Shown piece after piece: positions 1 to 14,420 of a stretch of DNA of 64,000 nucleotides. The translations under genes and the position numbers were made by a program. The notes under the pieces were generated by a model. That model saw only the letters and a list, made by a program, of their open reading frames with translations, had not been told where the DNA came from and did not search any database. The stretch comes from Octopus vulgaris (Eukaryota): contig OX597820.1 of the NCBI GenBank assembly GCA_951406725.2, forward strand, positions 83,948,001-84,012,000. Direction: 5' to 3'. Within the stretch, counting starts at the first letter, position 1; each line of letters starts with the position of its first letter.

Positions 1-16
1 ATTATACCAAGACAAT

Positions 17-131
<115 letters not shown>

Positions 132-598
132 TGCAATGCCCATATCACACGGATACTTATGCTTCTGAATATCATCATGAATATCATTACCACCATCCAG
201 TCATCTCCCTTTTACGTACTATTTGATCATTGGAGAAAACATTTACTTATATAATTGACTCGGTTTATATGATGTGTGTGTGTGTGGTGGGAAGTGTAAT
301 ATGTGAAGTTAGAATGAGATTAGCCTAAAGTTAAAAGAGCGTAATATTTCATGCATTCAAAGCAGGATATTCCTTTATCATCACACAACTGTGGTTTTTT
401 TGATCTTCCTTAGAATCACTTCAGAGATATATTTTTCTGATTTTTGATACGCAGCCACAATTTAATGTCAACATAGAACATAACTCACATTTTGTGCTCA
501 CATATACGTGGAGAGATTGTACGTGAAAATATATATATATATAGATATAGATATAGATAGTTAGATAGAGAGATATACATACATACAAACACGCACAC

Positions 599-652
<54 letters not shown>

Positions 653-1379
653 TGTACGTAAATATGATATATACGAAAAAGGAAGTATTTAGAAATCTAT
701 GCAGAACAGTTATTAAATCAACTTCACGTGTCGACCTGTGTTCATGAAAAGTTGAAGTATAAATAGCTTCCAAATTGCCAGTGTGTTTGCTATGTGTGTA
801 GTACGTACAGACTATTGTAAAAATCATAGCATTACACCTCTTTGTCTCTGTCTTCATATTCTTCCCCGTATGGGTGAATATCTATAGAGAGCATAAACAT
901 ATTTTAACTTTACTACCAGAAACCTTCCTTTCGTTTCATTTCTTTTTCTTATAAATCCTTTCAAATAATGATAAATGACAGTTTGAGATTTGAACTGGTG
1001 TAGCAGGTGTTTTATTAGAAATGTTTACAAGGAACTTTCTCGAAGATCTTTGGAAGAAAGAAGTGCCATAGTGCAAGAAATTATACTAATATTTTGCCAC
1101 AGTTTAGAAAATCTTTGCAGCATACGTGATGGAAAGTAAGAATTTGAAAATCACGAGTTTTTCGAGTTCTTGTCTGCTGTACTTGAAGCTGATACATTCC
1201 AAATGTAATCCATACTCTCAGTTCAGATGATCCGGACCGAACAGTGAATTATTGCGGGTGTTAGTTCATAAAAGCTGTAGAAGGTGCACACTTATCAATA
1301 AAGTTTATTAGGAGCCATGATGCTGCATTCAAATAAAATACGTCTATTAACCAACACAATTGCACTTGCTCGGGACGGG

Positions 1380-1427
<48 letters not shown>

Positions 1428-2094
1428 GAAAAAGAAAATGGTAAATTAGAAGTGAATAATTGTTTCTTATCAACAGAAAATTAATCACCTTTGCTTACAG
1501 CTGTTTCAAGTAATACTTGGAAAATTATCTTCGGAGGGAAAAAATAGGTAAATGTTTGTGTAACACACGCACGATTTTCACTAAGAAAATAAAACTCGGG
1601 TGTTTTGCGTGGAATCATTGCATACTTTTCTTCGTTGAATGAACTCCTATGACCTCCTAATACGCTACAAAATTCCTTTATGCGGTCCGAGAATGGGGTG
1701 GATTGAGGTGGAAGCCTCGAAAATTTCATCCCCCACCCTTATTGATTTTTCCACCAGCACAATTTTCACTAAGGAAAAAAATAGGATTTTTTTCGTTGAA
1801 ACAATTACCATGACCTTCTAATATGCTGCAAATCTCTTATTTTGGTTCGGAAAAATGAGGTGAGGCTTCAGAGGACTCCCATCCCCGAATCATTAGAATT
1901 TTTTTTCGTTGAATGGATTCCTGTGACCTAACACGCTACATGACCTTTTGGTGAGTCCGACAAACTGGTTGGGGTGAGGTGGAAGCCTCGGAAATTTTAT
2001 CCACTCCCAAAATTTTACAGAAATGAAATTTCCAGAGTGAGAATTACATGGTTCGTTATTAAATATATACATAATAGAAAATGTGACATTTTAT

Positions 2095-2153
<59 letters not shown>

Positions 2154-2493
2154 ATAGCGTGTATGCGTATATAGACGGATAAAAATTTGCTGTCAAATTA
2201 ATGGATTAATTCTCAACAAAACATACTTTGCTGGACTAAATATCTTACGCTTTATACCACCGTTTTAAGAAAAAAAAGCTCTTTCAAACGCAAACTAATT
2301 TTCGTGCGTGTATGTGGGGGAGCAATATGAACGATGGCACATTCTATACTATACATATATACATTTACACACACACACACGCACACACACACACATATAC
2401 AAATAAGATAAGATGAAATTTTTTTTCAGAAAAACTTAAAGTGGCAGCATATTAAAATACCATTATAGGTTAACATTTTATAAATTTTATAAG

Positions 2494-2885
2494 CAACTTA
2501 CAAACAAGGGCAAAATAGCAATTATCTCCATGCCAATATGCTGATAACTGACTTTAAATCGTCAATTTCCACATTTCAACATACATTCACTATAAATACA
2601 TGTGCTGAAATCGCGGAAAGCTAGCCAACAGAATTTATTTTTAAAGTTCGTTATTTCTATATTGAATCAATTTCGGGATTAATCCTATGGATTCCTCTAA
2701 TCCTGAAATTGATTCAATACAGAAATAACGAACTTTAAAAATAAATTCTGTTGGCTAGCTTTCCTCAATTTCAGCGCAACGTGTATTTATAGTGAATGTA
2801 TAATGAAATGAGGAAATTGACGATTTAAAGTCTGATATCAGTATATTGACATAGAGATAATTTTTCTTTTGCATTGTTTATAGGT

Positions 2886-2887
<2 letters not shown>
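2494..2887. repeat. fold-back palindrome, ~190-bp arms
   Basis: 2494-2681 is the imperfect reverse complement of 2698-2887. Confidence 0.9.
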
Positions 2888-2950
<63 letters not shown>

Positions 2951-3032
2951 CTCCGTAGTTTTTTTGTGCTAAGCCACTTGGTGTTAAATTGATGGTATTA
3001 TTAAATTAATATCGATTTTTCACCCTCATTTA

Positions 3033-3074
<42 letters not shown>

Positions 3075-5383
3075 ACTTATAAACAATTAAATAAGTGTAG
3101 AAATTGATATTAATCGATTAAAACCAGTCACTTAACATATTTTAAAAATTCCGAGGATTAAAAATTGTGTTACATACAAGATTTAGAGGACTAACCACTA
3201 AACGTGGACAGTCTATATTCTAAACATTGACGTCAAATTTATTTGACATTACCACGAGGAATGTGTTCTCAAGAAAAATCTAAAAACAAGCAAGGCAAAT
3301 GAAAATATACGAAATAAAAAACGATTACCTATGTACCATTGGCTTCACTTGGTAATGTTTACGTTAATGGACACGCAAAGATCTGCAAGATCATCAGCAT
3401 AGTCTGTCGTTTACAAAACACAATTTCCAGAACTAGGCAAAGAACGCTCAACCGAAATCCTGCATGTATAATTTTCTACTACTTGCGCTTGGAATATCCA
3501 GAATAGGGAAACGTAATCTCTCTAGTATTTGCTCTATATATCATAAGCTGTAATACAACTAAGCAGAGTAGTAACTTAACCAGTATAATGGAAGCAGAGA
3601 GCATGATGAACATCAGCAACGCTTAAGCTGTCTACATACGGATTTTTTGCTGGTCACCTGTTCTTAGTCACGTCAACAGATTAATGTTGTTGAGAGAGAT
3701 GACGTTTTCGTGTTAACATATGTTATTTTAAGTTAAAAGATAAAGCCGGGAGCATTCGTGGACTTTTATAGTAGTTTGTATATATAAGAGAGCGCGGTGA
3801 GACAGGAATAAGAGTGTCGTTGTTATAACATGATTTACTAGCAGTATGAAAACGCTTCTATTATAGGAAATTGGGTTGATGCTCGAGGTGCCTATGAAAC
3901 AAATGATTACTGAATGGTTCTGACATAATGCTTGATATTTTTCTACAATAAGTTCTTTTATCTATTGCGGTCATTCTTTCCCGTCTTCTTGGAAGACCTT
4001 ACATTAGGTTTGATCCGTCTCCAACTGAGATCATCACATGTTTTTGTGCATTTCAAGAAGTCGAAATTTTGCTGGCGTCTATGAATCAATGTTTGTTTCT
4101 CATAAAAGAAATATTTCTTTCCGTGTGTTAACGATATCACCTGTCAATTTGAGGAGCTCTGTTTTTTTTTTATCAAAACTTATACTACGCGGTTCAAGTT
4201 TTAGCGAAAATTCAGCTATATATTCAATGAGATTTGTAAAGTGTTAGTAATACGTTCTTAAATTATCACCGCTTGTATCATCTGTATGCTCTTATTGTTC
4301 TGGTCTGAATAACGTAGAGGATTTATATTAATGATGTTGGTTAATTGTATATACGTCAGCATAATGAGAAGATATTTACTTATTTCGGAGCTTTAAATTG
4401 AATTTTCTGAAGAACATAGGAGCTAATGTTTCTTTAGCAGGTATGTATTTCGTAGTGCATTTAAATTTATACGCCTACCTTCAAACCATTATCTTTTCTG
4501 ACACATAATATTCAGGAATAATTTGTCCAAAACGTTCATCTATTTTAATCTCTAGTTCAACGAAATGTTCTTCGCTGCTAATTTGACATTTTCTAGACTG
4601 ACAAGTGATTTGTTTGTTCTAGTCCTATATTTGGCCTTGTTTGTACTATAATTAATTTGGTAACCTATAGTTATCTCTTCGATTGTTTCACATTTAAATT
4701 GGCTTATTTGAATACATTTACTTTCTTTTCAGTGAAATATGAAAAATATTATATGAAGTAAATCGTTAATACAATAATAATTTTAGTTTTAATTCTCACT
4801 AAAAATATTCGAAGCGAGATACTTTCATGTTATTTATATTTTGATATTTTTCAACTATTTTGCACAGTTTTCTACTGTTCTAAATATTTTCTAATTCATA
4901 TCGATGTTTATCGACCATGTTTATCCCATGGACCACTTTCATTCTTATTTTACTTCAATGGATCCGAAGGGATAAAGCTCGGATAGGCGAGCTTTAGGGC
5001 TGGGACAACCTGCTGAAGGTTCCCAACAACACACTCTGCCGAGCAACTCAGGGTCACATAATCCGCGTACTAAATAATGAATGGTATGCGGAGTGTCGGC
5101 AACTTCATCAAGAGCCAACGCAATAAAGAGTGCATCAGGAAGATCACTGTGGGAGAAGTGATCTTGTTGTCAGCAGCCATGAGTGTTCCATAGGCAAACC
5201 AGCTGAGTGATCCATAGGGGCGGTAAGGTAGTGTAACGAAGGAGCGCAATACATTTCGACCAAAAAGATCGATAGAATAAATAGCAAGCTTAAAAGAATT
5301 AAGTGCCACGCTCGATTTGTTCGTGTACAACCTTTCAGATAATGCCCAATGACTGACCTTAATAAATAATAAAAGAATATAGA

Positions 5384-5598
5384 TATTCTTTCCTACTTTA
5401 GGCACAAGACTCAAAATTTTGGGCAGGGGGCCAGTCGATTAGATAGATCCCAGAACGCAACTGGTAATTAATTTAATCGACCCCGTAAGGATGAAAGACA
5501 AAGTCGATGATAGCGGAATTTGAACTCAGAACGTAAAACAGACGAAATACCACTAAACATTTCGCCCGGCGTGCTAACTTTTCTGCCACCTCATCGTC
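5384..5598 (-). mobile_element. SINE family B
   Basis: Colinear with 52546-52759. Confidence 0.85.
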
Positions 5599-5633
5599 TT
5601 GAGGGAAGGTAGATATTGAACATGACTATATCG

Positions 5634-6200
5634 TGTTGTGTCTGGAGAGAATGATTCTCTTTTAGTGCCTTATAATTTAACACACTGATCGGTAAAGTTA
5701 CCACTCGTTTACTTATTTATTTTTCTGAAATTTTTGCTGCGTCTTGCAACCTTTTCAATAGTTGTTGACTCTGTCCTTTATCTCAGCTGCATTCATTTTG
5801 TTTGTTTGTATCTTAATTTTAAGAACGTTGTTTTCAATTTCAGATTCAGAATATATTTTTCTGACATTTTGATATGTAGCGAATTTTGGTGATAACTCTA
5901 AAGCATGCATTTCATCTGTATCCAGCTGTAATGCACCGAAATTCACGGCATATAAAAAGGTAAGAAATATTGATTGTCTATCTGAAATTGAAATAAAAAC
6001 GTTCCTAAACTTAAGACACAAACAAACAAACAAAAATGAACGCAGCTCGCATAACGGACAGAGTCAACAAATATTGAAAAGTTTGCAACATGTAACGAAA
6101 ATTTTAGGGAAATTGAATAAGTGAATGAGTTTCAAAATTTATCAGAGAGTATGTTTAATTATAAATCACTAAAAGAAAACGACTCTCCCCAGGCACGACA
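5634..6200. repeat. fold-back palindrome, ~260-bp diverged arms
   Basis: 5634-5891 vs 5934-6200 (e.g. TTGTTGACTCTGTCC / GGACAGAGTCAACAA). Confidence 0.88.
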
Positions 6201-6229
6201 GAGTATCCTTCAACACACGAACTCACATA

Positions 6230-7745
6230 AAGAAAATTGCAAACCAAATCCAAAAACGAAATACATAAACTTTCACCAAGCTAGCAAGAAGCTGAGAAAC
6301 ACCATATTCTGCTGTCTAAAAATCAAAATAGATACCCGACAGCTCCACTTCATTAAAACATGTATCTTCTCCAATCTATACACAAAATCTGTTCACTTCT
6401 TGACACTTCTGAATTTGGCGTGCCACAACGATCATTTCAAATATCCCTGGGTCCTTTCTGAAGCCACACTGATCCTCTTGTAAATGCTCGTTTTCCATGT
6501 CCCGAGTGTAGCTTTTAAGGAGGATTCTTGCAAGTATGTTGCCTACTATGGCAGGAGATAAATTGCTCAGTCATTGTCACAGGAGTGTATGTTTCATTTT
6601 CCCTTGCAAAGATGGTCTGGAAGAGATTGGTGAACTTCTGTGTGCCAAGACTGGATTCTTGCTTCGTATACTTCAGCTGGACTGGGTCCAGAGTCTAGCG
6701 TTTTGACATTTGAGAGAAGTTCAATTGCTTTCTGGACTTCTGTTTCTGCCGGAGGCTCTGCCAGAGAAGTGTTGATGTCAATTTGGGTCATGCGAGCAAT
6801 GGCCTCAGCATTGGTAGGGGGAAGACAGTTCGGGACTTTGTTGAAGTGCTCTGACAAGCGTTGCATTTTTATGAGTTGGGAGAGTGGACCGATCATTGGT
6901 TTTGTTTTCTGCTTTCCTGAACCTGATATTGTGCCTAGTAGATAGAGACTATGTAGGCTTAATACTTGTCATTCAGCAGTCTTTGAATTTCCTAATCGTT
7001 GCTGTCGAACTACTCCAGGTGTCTACGTGTGTTCTAGCCCGGATGATTGTGTACAATGTTGTACAATGGTGTACACATCTCTATATACTATCCAGTTCTC
7101 TTTTACTCCGTTTGTAACAATATCAAATTTACTTAACTTGCTGTCCATGATTCGGTGAGCTTCTGTTTCACATTGTGATGTTCAAATTTATTGATGCTTT
7201 GTCACTTGTTTGCCGGCTTTCCTTATTCTCGCTGTTTGGGCTGGATGTGCATGTTGCCCAGCATTTTGCGCCATCCATGGCCTTTGTTACCCTGGCATCA
7301 TGCCTCTCCCGTCTTTTGTCTTTTACATAGTCGATTCGATGCCAATGTTTGCTGCCTGGATATATCCAGACGTCATTTTGCGATTGGATAGACGAAATAC
7401 TGTGTTGGTTAGCAACAGGGCATGCATTACACAAGTTTTCAGGAGTAGATGACCGTTGCTGATGCTCTCGCTAACTCCGTTTCTCCCAATGCCTCCCTCT
7501 CATGTCTGGTAGTCTGCACCAAATATGATTTTGAAGCCTCCGAGATCGACTGTCCTCATTATGGTTTGGCCGGCCTGTGAATACCGTTACCTGGAATTTT
7601 AGCGCAGGTGCATGCAGACCGCTTCGAGGGGCCACAGATGAGATTTAGCTGTCAAATGAAGACCAAATTGGACGAAGAGCACCACATGTTTCCCTATCAG
7701 GTGCGCTACACCATTCAAAATCCCATACACTCCACGCTCCCCACA
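6230..7745 (-). mobile_element. degraded RTE-clade LINE fragments
   Basis: WIYPGSKHWHRIDYV (RTE APE), EHFNKV..LAEPPAETEVQKAIELLSNVKT (pre-RT); many stops and deletions. Confidence 0.75.
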
Positions 7746-8324
7746 CATGCATACATGTGTACATAAAAATGTACATACATACATAGACAGAAGTTGAGAG
7801 GTGAAGTTGAGAAATAGACAGACAAGCAGACACAGACAGATAGATAGGATAAACAGATGACTTAGACAGAAAAGGGGGAAAATGGAATGCTTGTCTGGGA
7901 ATGTCTATGATAGATATTGAAATTAAGAGAGCCAGAAAGAGAGGGAGTGATAAAGAATGAGATATGGAAACCGACATATTAATACTGCAACATAAAAGCA
8001 CATTCACACACATGCACACACACACACACACACGCGCGCACACACATTATATGCTCGGAACCGTAAGTGTATGTGCTCATGTGGTATGTTGTATGCAGTA
8101 TTTCGAATACCGAATGTAGAATAAATGTTTTAGTACAGAAATAGAAAAAAATGTTCAAACATTTTACTAGAGAAACTTGTTTGGTATCAAAATACTCATC
8201 ATGCTCTTTCAGTACTTAGAACAGCTAATTAATTATGTAACATTATTATAGAAGTAACTTAAAATGCTCAAATAATTTGAGCAAGAAACAATTTTATTAA
8301 AATACTCACCAAGATAATTTTAAA

Positions 8325-8607
8325 TACTCTTTACTCTTTTACTTGTTTCAGTCATTTGACTGTGGCCATGCGGGAGCACCGCCTTCAGTCGAGCAAATCG
8401 TCCCCAGGACTTATTCTCTGTAAACCTAGTACTTATTCTATCGCTCTCCTTTGCCGATCTGCTAGGTTACGGGGACGTAACCACACCAGAATCGGTTGTC
8501 AAGCGATGCTGGGGGGACAAACACAGACAGGCACATACATACATGCATACATATACATATATATATGTATATATATTTATGTATATATATATGTGTATAT
8601 ATATATA

Positions 8608-8645
<38 letters not shown>

Positions 8646-8804
8646 CGACGAGCGTCTTCCCGTTCTCGTCTACCAAATCCACTCACAAGGCTTTGGTCGA
8701 CCCGAGGCTATAGTAGAAGATACTTGCCCAAGATGCCACGCATTGGTACTGAACACGGAACCGTGTGGATGATAAGCAAGCAACTTCCCACACAACCACT
8801 CCTG
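8325..8804 (-). mobile_element. SINE family A
   Basis: Colinear with the reverse complement of 46608-47045. Confidence 0.85.
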
Positions 8805-9456
8805 AAGAATAAAAGTTCATACTGTTACCATAACACTACTGTATACATTGTAACTATGGTATGCGACGAACCAGCATGTTACGTTGGGTTTTGAAGAACT
8901 TAAAGGTGCATAAAACATCTCCAGAATCACTGAAAACAACGTGAAGACTATTCTCGCTTCATACTAGTCCATCAACATCATGGGTAGGCCAAGGATGAAA
9001 GACACTGAAGATTTTTGAAACCATAATCCCCGAAAAACGTTATCGATATTATAACGCCATAATCACAAAACATTAGAAATTTAAATTTTCTTTGACAAGA
9101 CGAAAGATGCTTAGATATCTTACATACACTGTCATTATTAACGAGCAAAAGCTATATAGTCAACGGCCGAGCGCTATCTAATTATCACACTCACGGATAG
9201 GTAATTTTTGGGAACATCCATGAAAAATATCCTAATTCCACCTACGAATCTCTACATGGATCTCTTAATACAGAAAACAAACAAGTTTATTTTCTGTAAC
9301 ACGTTACCCCCTCTTAAATTTTGTCTCCTGTTTGTACTATGTGTAAGTTTGATCTATTAATATATGAATATTTATACTTAAATTCATACTTAAATATTCA
9401 TTATCTGAAATGCCTAGCCTTTGCTTTATTTCTATTTACATATATACTAACACATG

Positions 9457-10404
9457 TACGAGGTAGTGCTAAAGTGTTCCCGCACTAGTTATTTAAAAAA
9501 AACCCAACTTATTTACCTAAGTTTTAACATCATCTTTTTCGAAATAGTCTTCTTGCGCAACAGTACACAGATCCCAGAATTTCTACCACTTTTGGAGTCC
9601 GGCCTGGGAGTCCTTTGCCGTAATCGAGTCGAGGACCTACGATTTGCTCTTCATCTTGACAACAATGTTAAAACAGCGCGAATTTCAGCTGCATTTTCAT
9701 TTTGGAGAAGATATAAATATCCAGTTTTGTGGATGAAAAAGATGGAATCTGCCGAATAGGGCAGGTGTGGAAGCGATGTTTTGCCGTTTTATGTGAGAAG
9801 TCACGACTGGGAAGAGCTCTGTGTGAAGTTGCATTTTCCTCGTGAAGGATCCACTTCTTCGCGTTCCAAACATCCGGTCGCTTTCGCTGAAAGTCCCCAC
9901 TCAAACGCTTCAAAACATCATTGATTGTTTTCCGATGATCCTCATGCAGAAGGTAATGAATTTCACCCACATTTCGGGGTGTGACAACCGTAGAATGTCT
10001 TCCAGTTCGCTCATCTTCTTCCAGAGAGATTCCCCGATTTTAAAGCGCCCGTTCCACTAAAAATATTGTGTATGATTCATTGCCCTGACGCTGTAAGATT
10101 GTCGAAGTATATGCAATGTCTCTGTAGCAAACTCCTTATGCTTAACGCAACGTTTCACTTAGTCTTTTTGTTCTAATTCCCTGCCCATGATAATTATCAC
10201 AAACTACAGCATAGATGTGATCACAAAAACACAAATTTCAAAATTTGCGATGTCACTCAGCAAACAACCTCATAAACACAGCGTTGTCATTCAGCACATT
10301 ATTCATGGAGGTCACCTCTAGTTCTCACTGCACAGGCAATCGTGTGCTGTCATCTGTTGGCGCGCTACAAAACTAGTCCATGAACATTTTGATATCACCT
10401 CGCA
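9457..10404 (-). mobile_element. decayed Tc1/mariner DNA transposon
   Basis: Imperfect TIRs (TACGAGGTAGTGCTAAAGTGTTCCCGCACTAGTT / AACTAGTCCATGAACATTTTGATATCACCTCGCA); transposase remnants LKRL..RKRPDVW..WILHEENATSHRA and a PYSAD (YSPDL-like) motif. Confidence 0.85.
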
Positions 10405-11560
10405 TATATATGTGTGTGTGTGATTATGTATGTGTGTGCATGTTGTATATCAAACCCAAACTGTTTAATTTGTTTATCTGCATAATTGCCTCTGTATCTC
10501 CTCACCTGGATTACTTTTATAATCCAACTTTACTCCATGGAATTGGTCCCTCTTAAAGGTATTGGAGTTTATGTGCGAGTCATTTGAGTGAAGAGTGACT
10601 TTAGTTGGGAAGTAAACTTCTTATCACACTGCCACAGAGCTGTAATGTTCCATATAATTCCATATGTCTAGCATTCTTTTCGGCATTCAGTTTTGAAATT
10701 ATATTCCACTCCAATCCTCTTGATTTTTTTTCCACTTAGCATTTTACAGACAGGGTCGTGATAACAACTGAATCTGCATTTCTGTGCTACAGAACACCTA
10801 CTATACGTTGAACTTTCAGCAGGTTTCCAGTCACATTCACAAAATTTGAGATTAGAACTGAGATGTAATAAAGTTATGTGCGGATGATAACTACAAGGTT
10901 ACAATACTACTGGTTTTTCTCCCTTTTCGCGACCAAATAACTCTATGATGGTAGAAACCATTGCTAATGAGACACTTCACTTCTTCAAGCAGATTTTACT
11001 TCGCGGACACTAATTTATTTTCTTGAGACCTTATTATTATACAAGCTGTCGACAAGTAATAGCAACCGGTATCTTATCTCAGAATGCAATAGAGAAAATA
11101 TCTAACACGAAAAAATATCTGAAACAACGAAATATCAAGACGTCCACAAATATAGAGAAAGCACAAAAGTTTTCAGATCGTTTTTTCTTCGTGACAGGAG
11201 GAAAATGCGAAAATAATATCATTGCTGTTAATGCAGGTCAAGCAGTTGGCCACCTTCGCCAAAAGAACGTCTGCCATCTCTGTTCTTGCATTTAATACGC
11301 TGGAGGCAATCTCTATAATGCTCAGAGGAGGAGGATGTTGAGTAAGACTACAGACAGAGAAATGAAAGAAATGGAGGAGGTGAATCAAATCAAACGAGAA
11401 AGTTAGTTTGTGTTGAAGCTTGATACATTTCTATCAAGATTCTCTTTGGCACTTGCCCATATTAAATGATAAAATTATATCTTAATCTGACGAAAAATTC
11501 GTAGTGCGCCGAGCACATTTATGGATTACACACACATACACACACACATACACATACACG

Positions 11561-11598
<38 letters not shown>

Positions 11599-11622
11599 CA
11601 TATATACACTGGAGTGTGTGTA

Positions 11623-11680
<58 letters not shown>

Positions 11681-12248
11681 CACTAGTGTGTCCATATTTC
11701 CATACACATATATAAAATGTACGCAAATATATGTGTGCACGTCACAGGAGGTAATAGGAAGAGAGTCATAGTGCGGCTGAGATGAGTCAGTGTAGTGTTT
11801 GCAAGTGTGGGGAGATTGATTGTTATTTTAAAATCTCATTAAGATTAATTAGTGCAGTGCAGAATCTCAGTGTAAGTTTGATATATAGATATAAAAATAG
11901 TTGGACAAAGATAAGGATTCAGAGAGAGAGAGAGAGAGAGAAAGAGGTGGACAGAGAGGAAGAAGGCGGGAGATATGGAGAAGGAGAGAGAGGCACAGGG
12001 GAAGAGAGACAGAGGGGAGTATAAAAAATGGAAAATAAACGAGCACCAATTGAAAACGCCACAACATCAACAACAAAACTATGAAGCAATACTATGTGAC
12101 GAATAAAATAAAAAGAAAAAAGAAACATATTTCAGCAATCTGAATTTGATTATTGGCAAATATCCATGTGCAACTGAATAAGTTGTCTTTATATGAAAGT
12201 AGCTAATTAAATCGTTTGATTATCATCATAATAATCTGTTTCTTAAAA

Positions 12249-12254
12249 ATGATA

Positions 12255-12286
<32 letters not shown>

Positions 12287-12299
12287 AATAATAATAATG

Positions 12300-12383
<84 letters not shown>

Positions 12384-12511
12384 TTAATAATAAAAATAAT
12401 GATAATTATGAACATAATAATAACGATAATAATAATAATAGTAATAGTAATGATGACGTCGACGACGACGACGACGACGACGATGATGATGATGATGATG
12501 ATGATGATAAC

Positions 12512-12562
<51 letters not shown>
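12249..12562. repeat. compound trinucleotide microsatellite (TGA/TAA/CGA)
   Basis: Direct reading. Confidence 0.97.
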
Positions 12563-13120
12563 AATTTTGATATTCTATGCAAGTTTACGACTTTTCGAAT
12601 ACATTGTTTTGAATTTTCTTTCATCTTTTATACATAATTAATGCTATCCAGTTCCAGAAGATACTTGAATTCGTTGCAATTAGTTTCTTAAATGTTTTTA
12701 TTTCAGTAAGATTATTACATTAAAATGAGTCTCTTCCCTCCATATCTAAAGTTACACGTTATATTACGGCAACTTATATCGTCTCTGCTCTAACAATTGA
12801 ATTGATCCCTTTTACACATGTTAGAAATATCGTTAATTCTGTCGAAAGGGATTGACGATTAATAGAACGTAAGTTTCATACTCGTATGTGTTACTTGTTG
12901 ACCTTTGGAAGTATCATACAAACACTAAAACCGTTGATGACGTTTATAATTATGTACAACTTTCTAAGTGACTTTGCAAATCTGTCAGTGAGGCACTCTT
13001 TCGTAGACTTTTGCAGGTTTACCCGGGTGATAAACAAATTAGTCCGTCGTGAAATGAAGGCTTTCGTTATTATTTCTGACCAATTATCAAAAGCCATTAG
13101 AATATTGTATGTACCCCTTC

Positions 13121-13216
<96 letters not shown>

Positions 13217-13299
13217 TAACAATATTGGATGAAGTCCCTTTCTCTACATCAAAAAGCGTGGCAGTATATTAAAAAAACCTTTACGGTTGAAGTATAAAC

Positions 13300-13800
13300 A
13301 TCTTATAATTAAGGGCTAAAGAAGGTTATTCTAAAGCCAATACACTGATTTATCTACTTATAATCCACATGTTACAGGAAAATTGAACTGAAAGCCGGCA
13401 ACTAACCTTGTTAGTAGTATACTCACTGCTTGTTACAAGGGGACCGGTAACCATTACAATATGTAGCGGCGATAGGTCAACACGTTGTTCTGAGACTGAC
13501 CAAGGAATTTTTATATTTAGATATAAATGATGTACTTAAATGTAGTTGTGTTTTTAGCTTCTGCTTTTTCCATGATCACATGTGAGTATTTTATTTATAT
13601 TCCCTCGTAAGCTCTACTGAAGAAGAATGTATCCTTTACGGGGATTAATTCCGAAATTGATTCAATATAGAGATAACGAAATTTAAATTTTCTAAAGGTT
13701 AGTTGCCCGCTTTCAGTTCAATTTTCCTGTAACAAGTGGATTATAAGTGGATAAATCAGTGTATTGGCTTTAGAATAACCTTCTTTAGCCCTTAATTATA

Positions 13801-13804
<4 letters not shown>
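13300..13804. repeat. 110-bp inverted repeats enclosing an HHR
   Basis: 13300-13409 vs 13695-13804, only a few mismatches. Confidence 0.92.
13605..13679 (+). ncRNA. type I hammerhead ribozyme
   Basis: Stem I CTCTA/TAGAG; CTGAAGA 13617-13623; stem II GAAT..ATCC/GGAT..ATTC; GAAA 13653-13656; stem III ATTGA-T-TCAAT; AUA site at 13667. Confidence 0.8.
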
Positions 13805-13859
<55 letters not shown>

Positions 13860-14347
13860 TATATTCACTAGTGTGTCCATATTTCTATAGACATAGATAA
13901 AATGTACGCAAATATGTGAGTGCACGTCACAGAAAGTAATAGGAAGAGAGGCGTAGTGCAGCTGTGATGAGTCAGTGTAGTGTTTGCAAGTGTGGGGAGA
14001 TTGATTGTAATTTTTAAATCTCATTAAGATTAATTACTGCAGTGCAGAATCTTAGTGTAAGTTTGATATAGAGATATAAAAATAGTTGGACAAAGATAAA
14101 AATTGTAATTTGTTCTCACAATTCTAGATAAAAAAATATTTGAAAAATTATTAACATGAAAGATTCAGGCATGTGACTGTTGGGCACTTCTCTGCCATTT
14201 CCACCTTCATTGAATCATATAACAAAACTATGTTGGTAATTCTCAAAAACCATCCAATTATGTATACTTCCATGTATAAAACATTATTTCTCATGGTTCT
14301 CACTTTATGCATACACACATACATACATACATACATATATATATATC

Positions 14348-14420
<73 letters not shown>

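Larger units (their letters stand above)
11681..14099 (+). repeat. ~234-bp direct repeat (11681-11914 and 13866-14099)
   Basis: CACTAGTGTGTCCATATTTC...AATAGTTGGACAAAGATAA occurs twice, each after a (TA)n tract. Confidence 0.92.

Noticed and set aside
1220-1250. CAGATGATCCGGACCGAACAGT hammerhead-like string
   Set aside because: Both core halves are mutated and no second copy supports it.
3200-4700. Possible PLE/RTE coding remnants (DYADDL on minus near 3385-3405)
   Set aside because: Too decayed to delimit or classify.
11482-11528. TAAT-CTGACGA...ATTA possible hammerhead
   Set aside because: No stem II followed by GAAA and no stem III.
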